A DNA stretch of 64,000 nt from an uncultured delta proteobacterium (lineage in GTDB: Bacteria; Myxococcota; Myxococcia; Myxococcales; 40CM-4-68-19), in the NCBI GenBank assembly GCA_963792275.1, contig CAWBVQ010000003.1, positions 76,892-140,891 on the forward strand, read 5' to 3'. Under the pieces are notes generated by a model. The model worked only from the letters and a program-made list of their open reading frames with translations. It was not told where the DNA came from and made no database searches. Below, one piece after another: positions 1-10,764 of the stretch. The position numbers and the translations under genes were made by a program. Each line of letters starts with the position of its first letter. Within the stretch, counting starts at the first letter, position 1.

Positions 1-38
1 CCAGAACGGCGCCGTCGCCGTCTACAGGGGGAACTGAT

Positions 39-1488
39 ATGCGCCGTCTCATCGCGCTCCTCGCCGCCGCAGCGGCGGCCTGCGGAGGAAGCCAGTCTCG
101 TTCGCTCCAGGTAGGACCTCCCGACGCAAGCGTTCCGGTGCCTGACGCCGGCACGGATGCGGGCACGCCGGACGCCGGACCGCCGGACGCGGGGCCGCCG
201 CCACCGCCGCACAAGGCCGAGTTGATCGAGGTTCACGACAGCACCGGCTGGAAGATGTATACCGGCGCGGACGGGGTGCCGGGCAATGTCATGGGCGCCA
301 GCGCCGACGAAGGCGGGCGCCTCTGGGTGGCAGGTGGCGGCGCGGGCGCGTTCGCGCTCATCGACGGCCGCTTCCACCAGTTCTCCACGCCGTACGAGGC
401 CATCAGCATCGCCGGCGGCCCGAAGGACATGGCCTTCGTCGGCTACAACGGCATCGGCGACTGCGAAGACGAATGGGATCACTTCGGCGATCAGCACCAG
501 CTCGCCGATCCCTCGATCTACAAGAGCGGCGACGCGGACAAGCTGACCCTGCACGGCACCAGCGTCAGCCGCGAGCATTACGACATCTCCTCGGGTCCTG
601 GCACCGTTCCCGCCGAGCCCGCGGGCCGCGAGAAGCTCTGCACCGTCTATCGAGTCCTCTACGACAGGAACGCGCAACGGGTCTGGTTCGGCGCCAACCA
701 CGGATTCGCCATGGGCTTCGTCGACTCCACCATGGTGTTCGAGCACGTGCACCCCGCCATCAACGACAGGAACGGCGCGTTCATGACCGGGTTCTATTAC
801 GGCCTGGCGCTCGACACGGTGCCACACTTCGACGCCAGGTCCGGGAACACCTTCTTCGACGTCTGGTTTGGCGGATATATCCGCACCACGCGTTTCCGCT
901 TCGGCGAGACCCACGGCGACTACTGGGCCGCGCAGCCCCTCACCGAGTTCTACTCGCACGCGGACGACGCCAGGGACATCTCCAACGATCCGCAGGCCCA
1001 GGCGGCGTTCTGGAACCGGATGGACATCTGGCCGGATCCGGTGGGCGAGCGCCGCGACGCTGCCCACGGCAACTGGCTCTCCAGCGAGCCGGACCGCAAG
1101 AACGACGCGGACTGGGACCTCGACAACACCACCGGTATCGCGGTGCTCGGCGACGGCTCGGCCTGGATCGGCTCGTGGAGCAACGGCATGCGCCACGTCG
1201 ACCACGACGGTCACTTCATCGAGGACGCGCCGAAGATTCTTGCCCGGCAAGTCCATCGGCGCCCTGGTCAGGGACCCCAGCGACGACAGCGTCTGGATCG
1301 GCTACCGGGATCAGGGCATGGGCGTTTCGCGGCTGATGCCCAACGGAGACGTGGTCCATTACGGCGGCGCCGCCATCGGGGGGCGCGTGAACAGCCAGGT
1401 CTGGGATCTGCAAATCTCGCAGGGGTCGCCGCGGCAGGTCATCGTCGCCTTCCGCTCCGGCGCGGTGGGCGTCTACAGCGGGCAGTGA
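39..1488 (+). pseudogene. Secreted lipoprotein with beta-propeller-like repeats; one frame break near 1236
   Basis: ATG at 39. The N-terminus MRRLIALLAAAAAAC has a signal peptide plus lipobox Cys, followed by a Pro/Asp/Ala linker. Propeller-like strands are present (GGRLWVAGGGAGAFALIDG, DDSVWIGYRDQGMGVSRL). Frame 0 turns to nonsense after ...HFIEDAPK, while frame 1 continues sensibly (FLPGKSIGALVRDPSDDSVWIGY...VGVYSGQ*) to TGA 1486-1488. Confidence 0.6.
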
Positions 1489-2512
1489 TCAGCGCAGCGG
1501 AAGCCGCAGCTCCACTTCCGCTGTGTTGCCCTGCGCCGGGTTGCCGGTCAGCGTGAGCGGACCGGCATTGCGCAGCAGCGGTCCGTAGATGAGGTGCGCC
1601 GCGTAGGCTGCCGGCGGCGTCGGCGCCCCGGAGCGCATCGATGGGCGTGAGGCGCGAGAGCGCGGCGTCCAGCTGCCCGAGGTCGAGAGCCGCCTGGAGC
1701 GCCGCACCCGTTCCCTGAGGCGCGTCGAAGCGCGGCGTGATGCGCAGCGCACGCGCCAGCGAGCCGGGCCTTGCCAGCTGCCGCGCCTCGAGGCCGTCGA
1801 GCCGTTCCACCACCCGCTGCGCCGAGCGGAGCTGTGGCTGCGGCGGCAGGCCCAACCTCTCGAAGGCGACCGCGAGCGCGCCGGCGCCCGCGGGACCAGG
1901 TCCTGCCGCGAGGCACCCGATGCCTCCCTCGCATCCTGGAGCAGGACCGGCGAGCACGGGGCTCGAGGCCGTCACCAGGCCGCGCGCCACGGCGCCCTTG
2001 GCTGACGCATCGATGGCGAGCACCGCCGCGCGCAGCGGCTCGCCAAGGCGCAGCCATACCCAGGCGGGGCCCTTCGCGCGCGCGGCGAGCTCGGCGGGCA
2101 ATGGCACAAGATGCGTCATGGCGGTCAGGAGCGCCGCCGCGCCGCGGCCGGAAGAGGTCAAGAGCCGCCCCGCCGACACCTTCCCCTGGCGCCGGGCGCT
2201 GCCTGCGAGCCACGCCGCGAGCGTCTTCCTTGCCGCCCTGACATTCCGCACCGGCGCCGACAATCCCAATGCTCCGCCGGAGAACACCAGCATCCGCGCG
2301 CCCCGCGGCGCGAGACCCCATTCGCGTCCCTCGGCAAGGAGGTCCACGCCGACGTCGGCTCGCAGCGACGCTCCGATCTCTGCCGGCGCCAGCGAGGGCG
2401 CGTGCACCGCCGCGGCGGAGAGCAGGGCGCGAAGTCCGGACGCGTTCTCCACCGAGAGCACGCCTTCCGCCGACGCGGGGATCAAGACCGCCGCGGCGAG
2501 CAGGGCCAGCAA
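1489..2512 (-). pseudogene. Hypothetical exported Ala/Leu-rich protein; frame break near 1615, start uncertain
   Basis: Its stop abuts the convergent gene's stop (TGATCA at 1486-1491). A candidate TTG at 2512, 3 nt after the upstream stop, gives a hydrophobic N-terminus (LALLAAAVLIPASA). The sensible C-terminus AAYAAHLIYGPLLRNAGPLTLTGNPAQGNTAEVELRLPLR* is reachable only by changing frame near 1615. No domain recognised. Confidence 0.4.
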
Positions 2513-2514
2513 AG

Positions 2515-2844
2515 CTAGTGCGGAAGCTGCGTTCCGGCGCGCTGTGCGGCGAGCGCGAGCATTTCCGCCTTCTCGCGCGCCCGCCGGGCCATCGCGCGCC
2601 GGGCATACCCATACCCGAGCACCAGCGCGGCGAAGAGCGGGCTCAGCGCCGCGCCCACCGTCCAGCCCGAGTGCTCGGCCAGGAACGACCACACCGCGCG
2701 CGCCGCCGGCGTGAAGAAGTCGCCGTACCAGAAGAGCGCCCAGATGCAGCCGCAGAGCGCGAACGCGAAGACGTTCGCGAGGAGGAAGAAGATGACGCCC
2801 CGACGCCTGGGCATCGGCAGCACGTATTGCTTGGCTTCAGCCAC
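2515..2844 (-). CDS. Small hypothetical membrane protein (109 aa)
   Basis: ATG-initiated ORF with hydrophobic spans VIFFLLANVFAFALCGCIWALFWYG and WTVGAALSPLFAALVLGYGY. Its composition differs from the Arg/Pro-rich shadow ORFs that overlap it. No family recognised. Confidence 0.5.
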   Translation of the reverse strand: MAEAKQYVLPMPRRRGVIFFLLANVFAFALCGCIWALFWYGDFFTPAARAVWSFLAEHSGWTVGAALSPLFAALVLGYGYARRAMARRAREKAEMLALAAQRAGTQLPH

Positions 2845-2875
2845 GGTTCCGGGAGCCTAGATGCCCGGCACCCGT

Positions 2876-3431
2876 TCAGTCAACGATGGCGACGCAGCGG
2901 CAGAGCTTGTCGTGCAGCGTCTGGCCGCGGGCGTCGAAGAGGGCGAGCACGAAGCCGAAGAGCGCGAGCCCGGCGGAGACCAGGGAGAGCAGCGCCCTGG
3001 CGAAGGCGCGTAGCGGCGTGGGAGCATCACCGCGCAGCGAGCGCAGGCGCTGGCCGGTGAGCGCCATGCCGGGCGTCCGCCCGCAGAGCGCGACGAAGCC
3101 CCAGGACCAGGCGAGCGCGACGCACGCGCCGAGCGAGGCCCAGAGGAGGGGGAACGCGAGCACGAGGTCGAGCCAATACGCGGTCTCGCCGCAGATGCTC
3201 CCGGCCAGCCAGACATGACCGGCGACGAGCGCCGGCGACGAGGGCGAAATCGATCGACCAACCGGCGGCCCGGCGCAGCGGCGAGGCGCGCGCGGCGACC
3301 GGTCGCAGCGGTTTCGCCACCTCCGCCGGAGGATCGGAAGCAAAGGAGACCGCCACCGGAGCCACCCCGGGCTCCTCGGAGATGGAGAGATCGAGGGGCC
3401 TGGGCGGTCCCGAGTCGAAGCTCTGCTGCAC
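2876..3431 (-). pseudogene. RDD-family membrane protein; frame break near 3232
   Basis: The C-terminal part reads LVAGHVWLAGSICGETAYWLDLVLAFPLLWASLGACVALAWSWGFVALCGRTPGMALTGQRLRSL...TLHDKLCRCVAIVD* (RDD-like). The N-terminal part (...PLRRAAGWSIDFALVAG) is in another frame. The junction lies in an 11-nt direct repeat (3218-3228 and 3231-3241). GTG 3431 is a tentative start. Confidence 0.55.
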
Positions 3432-3520
3432 GGGCCGGAAACTAAGGCCGTCGCGCGCGCGGTCAACAAAACGCCCGCGACCTTGTTTGCCGCCGTGCAG
3501 CGCGTTATGCACGCGGCGCC

Positions 3521-4930
3521 ATGACCACGCGCATCGAGAAGGACACCTTCGGCCCCATCGAAGTGCCCGCGGACCGCCTCTGGGGCGCGCAGACGCAGCG
3601 CTCGCTGCACCAACTTCAGGATCGCGACCGAGAAGATGCCGCCCGCGCTGATCAAGGCGCTCGCGCAGGTGAAGCGCGCCGCCGCCCAGGTGAACCTCGA
3701 GCTCAAGGTGCTCGATGCGAAGAAGGGCAAGGCCATCATCGAGGCGGCCGACGAGGTGATCGCGGGCACGCACGACGGCGAGTTCCCGCTGGCCGTCTGG
3801 CAGACCGGCTCGGGCACGCAGACGAACATGAACATGAACGAGGTGCTGGCGAACCGCGCCAGCGAGATCCTCGGCGGCGAGCGCGGCGAGGAGCGCCTCG
3901 TCCATCCCAACGACGACGTCAACAAGGGCCAGTCGTCCAACGACGTCTTCCCCACCGCCATGCACGTGGCCGCGGTCCGGCGATCGTGCGACCAGGTCAT
4001 GCTCCCGCGGTGAGGAAGCTGCGCGACACGCTTGCGCACAAGAGCCGAGGAGTTCGAGGACATCGTCAAGATCGGCCGCACCCACCTGCAGGACGCCACG
4101 CCGCTGACGCTCGGCCAGGAGATGTCGCGGCTGGGTGGCGCAGCTCGACCACGGCATCGCGCCACGTGCGAGAGCTCGCTGCCGCACCTGCGCGAGCTGG
4201 CGCTGGGCGGCACCGCGGTCGGCACCGGCCTGAACGCGCACCCGGAGTTCGCCGACCGCGTGGCCAGGCGAGATCGCGCGGCTCACCGGCCACCCCTTCG
4301 TCTCGGCGCCGAACAAGTTCGAGGCGCTCGCCGCGCACGACGCGCTGGTCTTCGCGCACGGCGCGCTCAAGACGCTGGCGGCGTCGCTGATGAAGATCGC
4401 CAACGACGTGCGCTGGCTGGCGTCGGGGCCGCGCTGCGGCATCGGCGAGATTGCGCATCCCCGAGAACGAGCCGGGCAGCTCGATCATGCCGGGCAAGGT
4501 GAACCCGACCCAGTGCGAGGCGCATGACCATGCTCTGCTGCCAGGTGTTCGGCAACGACGTGGCGGTCAACATCGGCGGCGCCATGGGCAACTTCGAGCT
4601 CAACGTCTTCAAGCCGCTCATCATCCACAACTTCCTGCAGATCGGCGCGGCTGCTCGCCGACGGCTGCGCAGAGCTTCAACGACAACTGCGCGGTGGGCA
4701 TCGAGCCGAACCGCGAGCGCATCGACGAAGCTCGCTGCGCGAGTCGCTGATGCTGGTGACGGCGCTGAACCCGCACATCGGCTACGACAAGGCGGCGAAG
4801 ATCGCCAAGACGGCGCACAAGGAAGGCACCACCCTCAAGCGAGGCCGCCGTCGAGCTGGGCTTCGTCACCGCCGAGCAGTTCGACCAGTGGGTCAGGCCC
4901 GAAGACATGGTCGGCCCGAAGGGGAAGTGA
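3521..4930 (+). pseudogene. fumC: Class II fumarate hydratase, broken by at least 12 frame changes
   Basis: The whole FumC sequence can be read only by hopping frames: [29 protein letters not shown] / [17 protein letters not shown]...[18 protein letters not shown]...[18 protein letters not shown] / [14 protein letters not shown] / [27 protein letters not shown] / ...[24 protein letters not shown] / [28 protein letters not shown]...[16 protein letters not shown] / [22 protein letters not shown] / [39 protein letters not shown] / [10 protein letters not shown] / [19 protein letters not shown] / [32 protein letters not shown] / [29 protein letters not shown]. Approximate breaks: 3610, 3975-3995, 4045, 4128, 4160, 4265, 4450, 4522, 4641, 4670, 4730, 4840. 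Confidence 0.9.
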
Positions 4931-4978
4931 CCTCGCACTCGACGTCGCAAATCGACAAGCTGGGCGATCGGCTACCGC

Positions 4979-5560
4979 CTACGGGTTGAGCCGCGTCAGG
5001 GTCCAGGGCGCGTCGGGGCGCGGGCGCGTGTAGAGCTCGCGGTCGTGGAGGCGGCCGGGCCGGTTCCACCAGAACTCCACCGAGAGCGGCGCGACGCGGA
5101 AGCCGCTCCAGTGCGGCGGCCGGGGAACGGCCTTCCCCTCGTACTTCTTCTCCAGCGCGGCGAAGCGCTCCTCCAGCTCCTGCCGCGAGCTCAAAGGCTG
5201 GCTCTGCTGCGAGGCCCAGGCGCCGAGCTGCGAGACGCGCGCGCGCGAGGCGAAGTAGGCGTCCGCCTCGGCGTCGGAGACCCGCGCGGCCCGGCCCTCG
5301 AAGCGCACCTGCGACTCGAGCTGCGGCCACCAGAAGGTCAGCGCCAGGTCGGGACGCGCCGCGAGCTCGCGGCCTTTGCGCGAGAGGGTGTTCGTATAGA
5401 AGACCAGCCCCTGCGCGTCGGCGCCCTTGAGCAGGACGATCCGGGCGGACGGCCGCCCGTCCGCTCCCACCGTCGAGAGCGTCATCCCGTTGGCGTCGAA
5501 GATGCCCGGCGTCTGCTTCGCGCGCTCGAGGAGCTCGATGAACTTCGCCAGCGGGTCCAT
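4979..5560 (-). CDS. pdxH: Pyridoxamine 5'-phosphate oxidase
   Basis: Intact 193-aa ORF. Motifs include [60 protein letters not shown] and [27 protein letters not shown]. Confidence 0.9.
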   Translation of the reverse strand: MDPLAKFIELLERAKQTPGIFDANGMTLSTVGADGRPSARIVLLKGADAQGLVFYTNTLSRKGRELAARPDLALTFWWPQLESQVRFEGRAARVSDAEADAYFASRARVSQLGAWASQQSQPLSSRQELEERFAALEKKYEGKAVPRPPHWSGFRVAPLSVEFWWNRPGRLHDRELYTRPRPDAPWTLTRLNP

Positions 5561-5622
5561 GGGTGTCGCCCTTCTACCATGTCGATGCTAACAAGGCGGC
5601 TGTGGAGAAATTGATCGCCCGC

Positions 5623-6397
5623 ATGGAACGCCGCCTCGGCCGCCACGCGCCGGAGGGCATCACCCTCTGGATCGTCGGCATCTCCGGCGCGCTGCACCTG
5701 CTCGTGTTCGCCCGGCCGCAGGCCGCCGCGCTGCTCTGGCTCGACACGCAGGCGGTGCTGCACGGGGAGGTGTGGCGCGTCTTCACCTTCCTCTTCGCGC
5801 CCACCGGGCCCTTGGATCTGCTGGGGCATGATCTGGGCCGGGTTCTGGCTGCTCTTCCTCTACACCATCGGCACCTCGCTCGAGGCGCAGTGGGGGAGCT
5901 TCCGCTTCGATCTCTTCTTCTTCGGCGGCGCCCTGGGCACGCTCGCGGTCGGCTTCTTGCTCGGGCCGGTGCCGGGAAGATACGTCGCCGAGGCGATGCT
6001 GCTCGCCTTCGCGGTGGAGTTCCCGGACTACGAGGTCCTGCTGCTCATCCTGCCGGTGAAGATGAAGTACCTCGGCATGCTCAGCGGCGGCCTGATGGCG
6101 TACCAGCTCGTGCGCGGAGATCTGGCCACCCAGGCTGCCATCGTGGTGGCGGTGGGCGATTTCTTGCTCTTCTGCGGACCCGCCCTCGCGGCCAGGCTCC
6201 GCGGGCGCCGCTCTTCCGCCCGCCGGACGATGGCCACCGCCGGATTCGCGCCGGTCCAGCGCAAGCCGCGCGTCTGCGCCAGGTGCGGCCGCAGCGACGC
6301 GGACGACCCCACCCTCGAATTCCGCGTCTGCGACTGCCAGGAGCGCTGCGGCGGCAAGCTCACCGAGTACTGCATCGAGCACGCGCGCGCGCACTGA
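5623..6397 (+). pseudogene. Rhomboid-like polytopic membrane protein with a Cys-rich C-terminal tail; frame break near 5815
   Basis: The N-terminal part MERRLGRHAPEGITLWIVGISGALHLLVFARP...EVWRVFTFLFAPTGP continues in another frame as MIWAGFWLLFLYTIGTSLEAQWGSFRFDLFFFGGALGTLAVGFLLG... The tail is VCARCGRSDADDPTLEFRVCDCQERCGGKLTEYCIEHARAH*. The position of the rhomboid GxSG motif reads GGALG, with no Ser. ATG 5623 is preferred over GTG 5563, which abuts the pdxH start. Confidence 0.5.
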
Positions 6398-6402
6398 GCC
6401 GA

Positions 6403-7138
6403 TCAGCCCAGCTCGCCATTGACGTGCAGCACGACCGCCAGCGCCGCGAGCCCCGCCGTCTCGGTGCGGAGCACCAGCGGACCTAGCGCGACAGGCAGGA
6501 TTCCCTCTGCGCGCGCGCGGTCCCGCTCCTCGGGGGAGAAGCCGCCTTCGGGCCCCACCGCGAGCAAGAGCCTGGGCGCGCCGCGCGCCGCCGCGCCCAG
6601 GCGCAGCTCGCGCTCCGAGGGATCGAGGAGCAGCCCGCGCCGCTCCGGCTCCTCCCGCAGCAGGGAGAACACGCCCTCCCACCCGCAGGGCGGGTCGATG
6701 CGCGGCACGTCCGCGCGCCCGCACTGCCGCGCCGCCTCCTCGGCGATGCGCCTCCAGCGCTCCGCGCGCGACTGGCCGCGCCCTTCGTCGAGCCGCACCA
6801 CGGCGCGCTCGGACGCGAGCGGGAGCAGGCGCGTCGCGCCCAGCTCCGTTGCTTTCTGCGCTATGAAATCCAGCTTCTCGCCCTTGGCCAGCGCCTGCAC
6901 CAGAACTACGTCCAGCGCGCGCGACGATGGCGCGAGCCGCTCTTCGATGCGCAGCCTGCCGGACGCGGCGAGGCGTGCGCGATACCGGCCTCCCTCTCCG
7001 TCGAAGACCTCGATCTCCGCCCCTGCTTCGAGCCGCAGGACCACCTTCACGTACTGGCCCTGCCCCGGCAGTGAGCGTCACTTCGGAAGCGCCGAGCTGC
7101 GGCGGCGGGACGAAGAGCCGGTGCCGGGCCGCTCTCAT
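6403..7138 (-). pseudogene. rsmE: 16S rRNA (uracil1498-N3)-methyltransferase; frame break near 7073
   Basis: MRAARHRLFVPPPQLGASEVTL is followed, after a frame change, by PGQGQYVKVVLRLEAGAEIEVFDGEGGRYRARL...VVLVQALAKGEKLDFIAQKATELGA...LLLAVGPEGGFSPEE...LGPLVLRTETAGLAALAV. The ATG at 7138 overlaps the prmA stop (ATGA). Confidence 0.85.
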
Positions 7139-7983
7139 GGCCGCGAGAGCTCCACCCGCGCCCAGCCATCCCGCTCCTTGCGCGCCTGCGGCCATAACCC
7201 CTGCTCCGCGTACGCGCGCTCGGCCGCGCCTGCCTGCGCCGCGAGCAGCCCCGAGAGCACCAGCCGCCCGCCCGGCGCCACCTTCGCTGCGAGCGCCGGC
7301 GCAAGCTCGACCAGCGGATTGAGCAGGATGTTGGCGATGACGATGCGAAACTCGCCGGGCACTCCCGAGGGATCGTCGCAGAGCATCCACTCCACGCCGG
7401 AGATGCCGTTGAGGGCCTCGCCGCTCCGGGCCGCGGCAAGCGCGACCGGATCGTTCTCGGTGCCCGCCACCCTGCGCGCGCCCAGCTTCTTCGCGAGCAG
7501 CGCGATCACGCCGCTGCCGGTGCCCACGTCGAGGACGTCCGCCCCGGGGAACTCCGCGAGCAGCTCGTCGCAGCGCTCCAGGCACAAGGCGGTGGTGGCA
7601 TGGCTGCCGGTCCCGAATGCCATCCCCGGGTCGATGGCCACGGCCGTGGCGCCGGCGGGAGGAGCTTCCCAGGGCGGGTGGACCCACGAGCGCGGCCCCA
7701 CGCGCATCGTCTTGTGGTGCGCGCGCCAGGCGACGCTCCAGTCCTGCGCGGCGATCTCCACCGGCGGCTCTGCGCCCATGGCCTGGGCCGCATCGAACGC
7801 GGCCTCTCGCTCTTCGAAGTGGGCGATGGCGCGCCCGCGCCCCTCCGGCAGCTCTGGCGTTCCCGGCATGGGCGGGATGCCGGGCTCCTGAAGCTCCACG
7901 CCGAGCGCGCCCAGGTCGAACAGCTCCGCCGCCGCGACCTCCAGCTCGTCGGGCGCAAGGACGAGGACGACGGCCCAGCTCAC
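7135..7983 (-). CDS. prmA: Ribosomal protein L11 methyltransferase
   Basis: The GTG start at 7983 overlaps the upstream stop (GTGA). Motifs: WAVVLVLAPDELEVAAAELFDLGALGVE, QDWSVAWRAHHKTMRVGPR, IDPGMAFGTGSHATTALCLE, VLDVGTGSGVIALLAKKLGA, ANILLNPLVELAP. Confidence 0.9.
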   Translation of the reverse strand: MSWAVVLVLAPDELEVAAAELFDLGALGVELQEPGIPPMPGTPELPEGRGRAIAHFEEREAAFDAAQAMGAEPPVEIAAQDWSVAWRAHHKTMRVGPRSWVHPPWEAPPAGATAVAIDPGMAFGTGSHATTALCLERCDELLAEFPGADVLDVGTGSGVIALLAKKLGARRVAGTENDPVALAAARSGEALNGISGVEWMLCDDPSGVPGEFRIVIANILLNPLVELAPALAAKVAPGGRLVLSGLLAAQAGAAERAYAEQGLWPQARKERDGWARVELSRP

Positions 7984-10591
7984 CGCGCCAGCTCTGCGGG
8001 CACCGAGCCTTCCGGCGCGACCAGCGCAATCACCTCGCGGGAGGGCGCGAGAATGCGCTGCGCCGCTGCCAGGACCTCGCCCGCGGTGACCGCCGCGATG
8101 CGCTCCGCGTACTTGCTCGAGGCGTCCGCTCCCAGCCCGTAGCATTCGTCGAAGGCGTACACCGCCGCGCGCGCGGAGTTGCGCTGCAGCGAGATGGCGT
8201 GGGTGCCGATCAGGTGCGTCCGCGCCCGCTCCAGCTCGGCGGCCGGTGACCGGTTCCTCGCGCACGCGGCGCAGCTCGGCGCGGATGCCGTCGAGCGCCT
8301 CCTGCGTCTTCCCGGGGCCGCAGCCGATGTAGACGGCGAAGTAGCCGGGGTCCACCCCTTCCATCGAGAAGCTGGTCACGCTGTAGGCGAGGCTCCGCTT
8401 GTCGCGCAGCTCGACGAAGAGCCGCCCGCCCTGCCCCGAGAGCACTGCCGAGAGCACCTCCAGCGGCCAGCGGGCATCGTCGGCGAGCCGCGCTCCGGGG
8501 AAGCCGAGGACGAGGTGCGCCTGCGCCTTGTCCAGCTTGCGCACCGCCGAACGCGGCGCCTCCAGCGGGTCCTCCTGCGGCGGCGAGGGCGTCCGCCGGC
8601 CCGAGGCAACCGACGCAAGCTTCTCGCGCACGAGCCGGCGGACCTGGTCGGGATCCACGTCGCCCACCACCGCCAGCGTCACTCCGCCCGCGGGATACTG
8701 CCGCGCCCTGTACGCCGCGAGCGCTCCGGGGTCGAGCCTGAGGACCGATTCCTCGGTGCCCAGCGAATCGAAGCGGTAGGGATGGCGTGCGGTAGAGCGT
8801 CTCGGAGAAGAGCAGGAAGGCGACGCCGGCGGGGTTGTCCTCCCGGGAACGCAGCTCGTCGATCTGCAGCGTCCGCTCCCGCTGCACCTCCTCCGCATCG
8901 AACGCCGGCGCGGCGATGGCTTCGGCGAAGACGTCGAACCCTTCCGAGAGGTGGCGCGAGAGGAGCTCCGCGCGCAGGCCGAAGCTGTTGCGGCCGGCGT
9001 TGCCGCCGATGGAGCCGCCCATCGCTTCCATCTCGCGCACGAGCTGGGTGGGCCCGCGGCTGCGCGTGCCCTTGGAGACGAGGCGCGCGAGCAGCATGTT
9101 GATGCCCGCGTTGTCCGCGCTCTCCGCGCGCAGTCCTCCCTCCCAGGCGGCGCGCAGGGCCACGAGCGGCACCGCCCGCTCTTCCTTGATCAGCAGCACT
9201 CCCCCGCCGGGAAGCTCCTCGCGGACGAGCGGTCCGGTCCTGGCCTGCGCCGCGAACCTCACCGGTGCGCGCTTTTCCGGCGCCGCTCCCGAGCTGGCGG
9301 CGGGCTGCGGCGCAACCCGGCCTCCCTGCCGGAGCAAGTCGCGCAGCTCCGCCTCGCCCGGCCCATCGCCCTCGGGCAGGAGCGCCGCCAGCACCGGCGC
9401 CGCCGGATCCAGCCAGCGCTCCGCAGCCTCGCGCAGCCGGCCCGGCGTGAGGTTTGCCACCTGCTCCAGGTAGCGCTCCTCGAACTCCAGACCGCCCGCG
9501 CTCGACTGGTAGAAGCCGAGCTTGCGCGCCTGTCCCTGCACGGTCTCGCGCTGGTAGACGGCGTCGGACTCCAGGAGCCTGCAGGCGTTGGAGAGCTCCT
9601 CCGCGCTCACCTCTTCCCAGCGCAGCCGGTACGTCTGCGCCAGCGCCTCCGTCACCGCCTCGCGCACCGTCGCGGGCTGCAGCGTCAGGCCCACGATGGT
9701 GAGGCCGGGATCGACCGGCGTGTAGCAGCTCGCCTGCACCTCGGTGCAGAGGAGCCGGTCGCGCTTGAGCGCCCGGTGGAGCCGCGACGCCTCGCCGTGG
9801 CCGAGGATGATGGACATGGCGTCGAGCGCCGCCACGTCGTCGTGCACCAGCGGCGGCGCCGGCCAGGCGATGGAGAGGTACCCTTCCTTGAGCGGCTCGC
9901 GCTTGAGGATCGCCGCGGGCTCTTCGCGCCGCGGCTCCGGCGGCCTGTCCGGCGCCGGCTCGAACGCGCTCTGCGGCCAGGCGAAGAGCTTTTGCGCGAG
10001 TTGCACCGCCTCCGCCTCGCGCACGTCGCCCACCACCACCACCACCGCATTCTCCGGCCGATACCAGCGCCGGTAGAAGCGAAGGATGCCCTCGCGGGTG
10101 AAGCTGCGGACGCTCTCCTCGGTGCCGATCACCGGCTTGCCGTAGGGGTGGCGCAGGAAGGCGCTGGCAAAGAGCTCGCGGGACAGCTTGCGGGTGGGCG
10201 AATCCTGGCTGCGCTTGATCTCCTCGCAGACCACCTCGATCTCCCGCTGCAGCTCCTCGGGATCGAAGGCCGCGCTGGTCACCGCGTCGGCGAGCACGTC
10301 CATGCCTTCGGCGAAGAAGCGGGAGGCCAGCACCACGTGGTAGACGGTCTGGTCGAAGCTGGTCCAGGCATTGATCTCGCCGCCGCAGGCCTCGATGGTG
10401 CGCGCGATCTCGCCCGGGCCGCGGCGCGCAGTGCCCTTGAAGAGCATGTGCTCGTGCAGGTGGGCGAGGCCGGCCTCGTCCTCCCGCTCGTCGGCGCTGC
10501 CCACGCGTACCCAGACCTGGATGGCCACCACCTGCGCGGCGTGGTTTTCCTCGACCAGCAGGGTCAGCCCATTTGCGAGCGCATGTCTCAC
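7980..10591 (-). pseudogene. Tandem M16 (pitrilysin/insulinase-family) zinc peptidase of about 870 aa; frame breaks near 8786 and 8246
   Basis: The N-terminal half carries the inverted zinc motif HLHEHMLFKG plus RHPYGKPVIGTEESV. The second half repeats the fold (GINMLLARLVSKGT..., then after a shift HPYRFDSLGTEESVLRLDP...). After a second shift the C-terminus reads AAELERARTHLIGTHAISLQRNSARAAVYAFDECYGLGADA...PEGSVPAELAR*. Confidence 0.85.
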
Positions 10592-10764
10592 CGGAGAGAG
10601 CCTAGCAGCGCGCGGACCGCCGCGCCGCCGCTTTCGGCACGACCGTCAGCCAGCAGACCGGCCAACCATGGCCGGCGCTTTCACGTGGACGTGAGCGTGC
10701 GACGTCGCCGTCGCCGTCGAACGTCAACCAGGCCCGGATGCGACGAACTGAAGCGCCACGGGCA

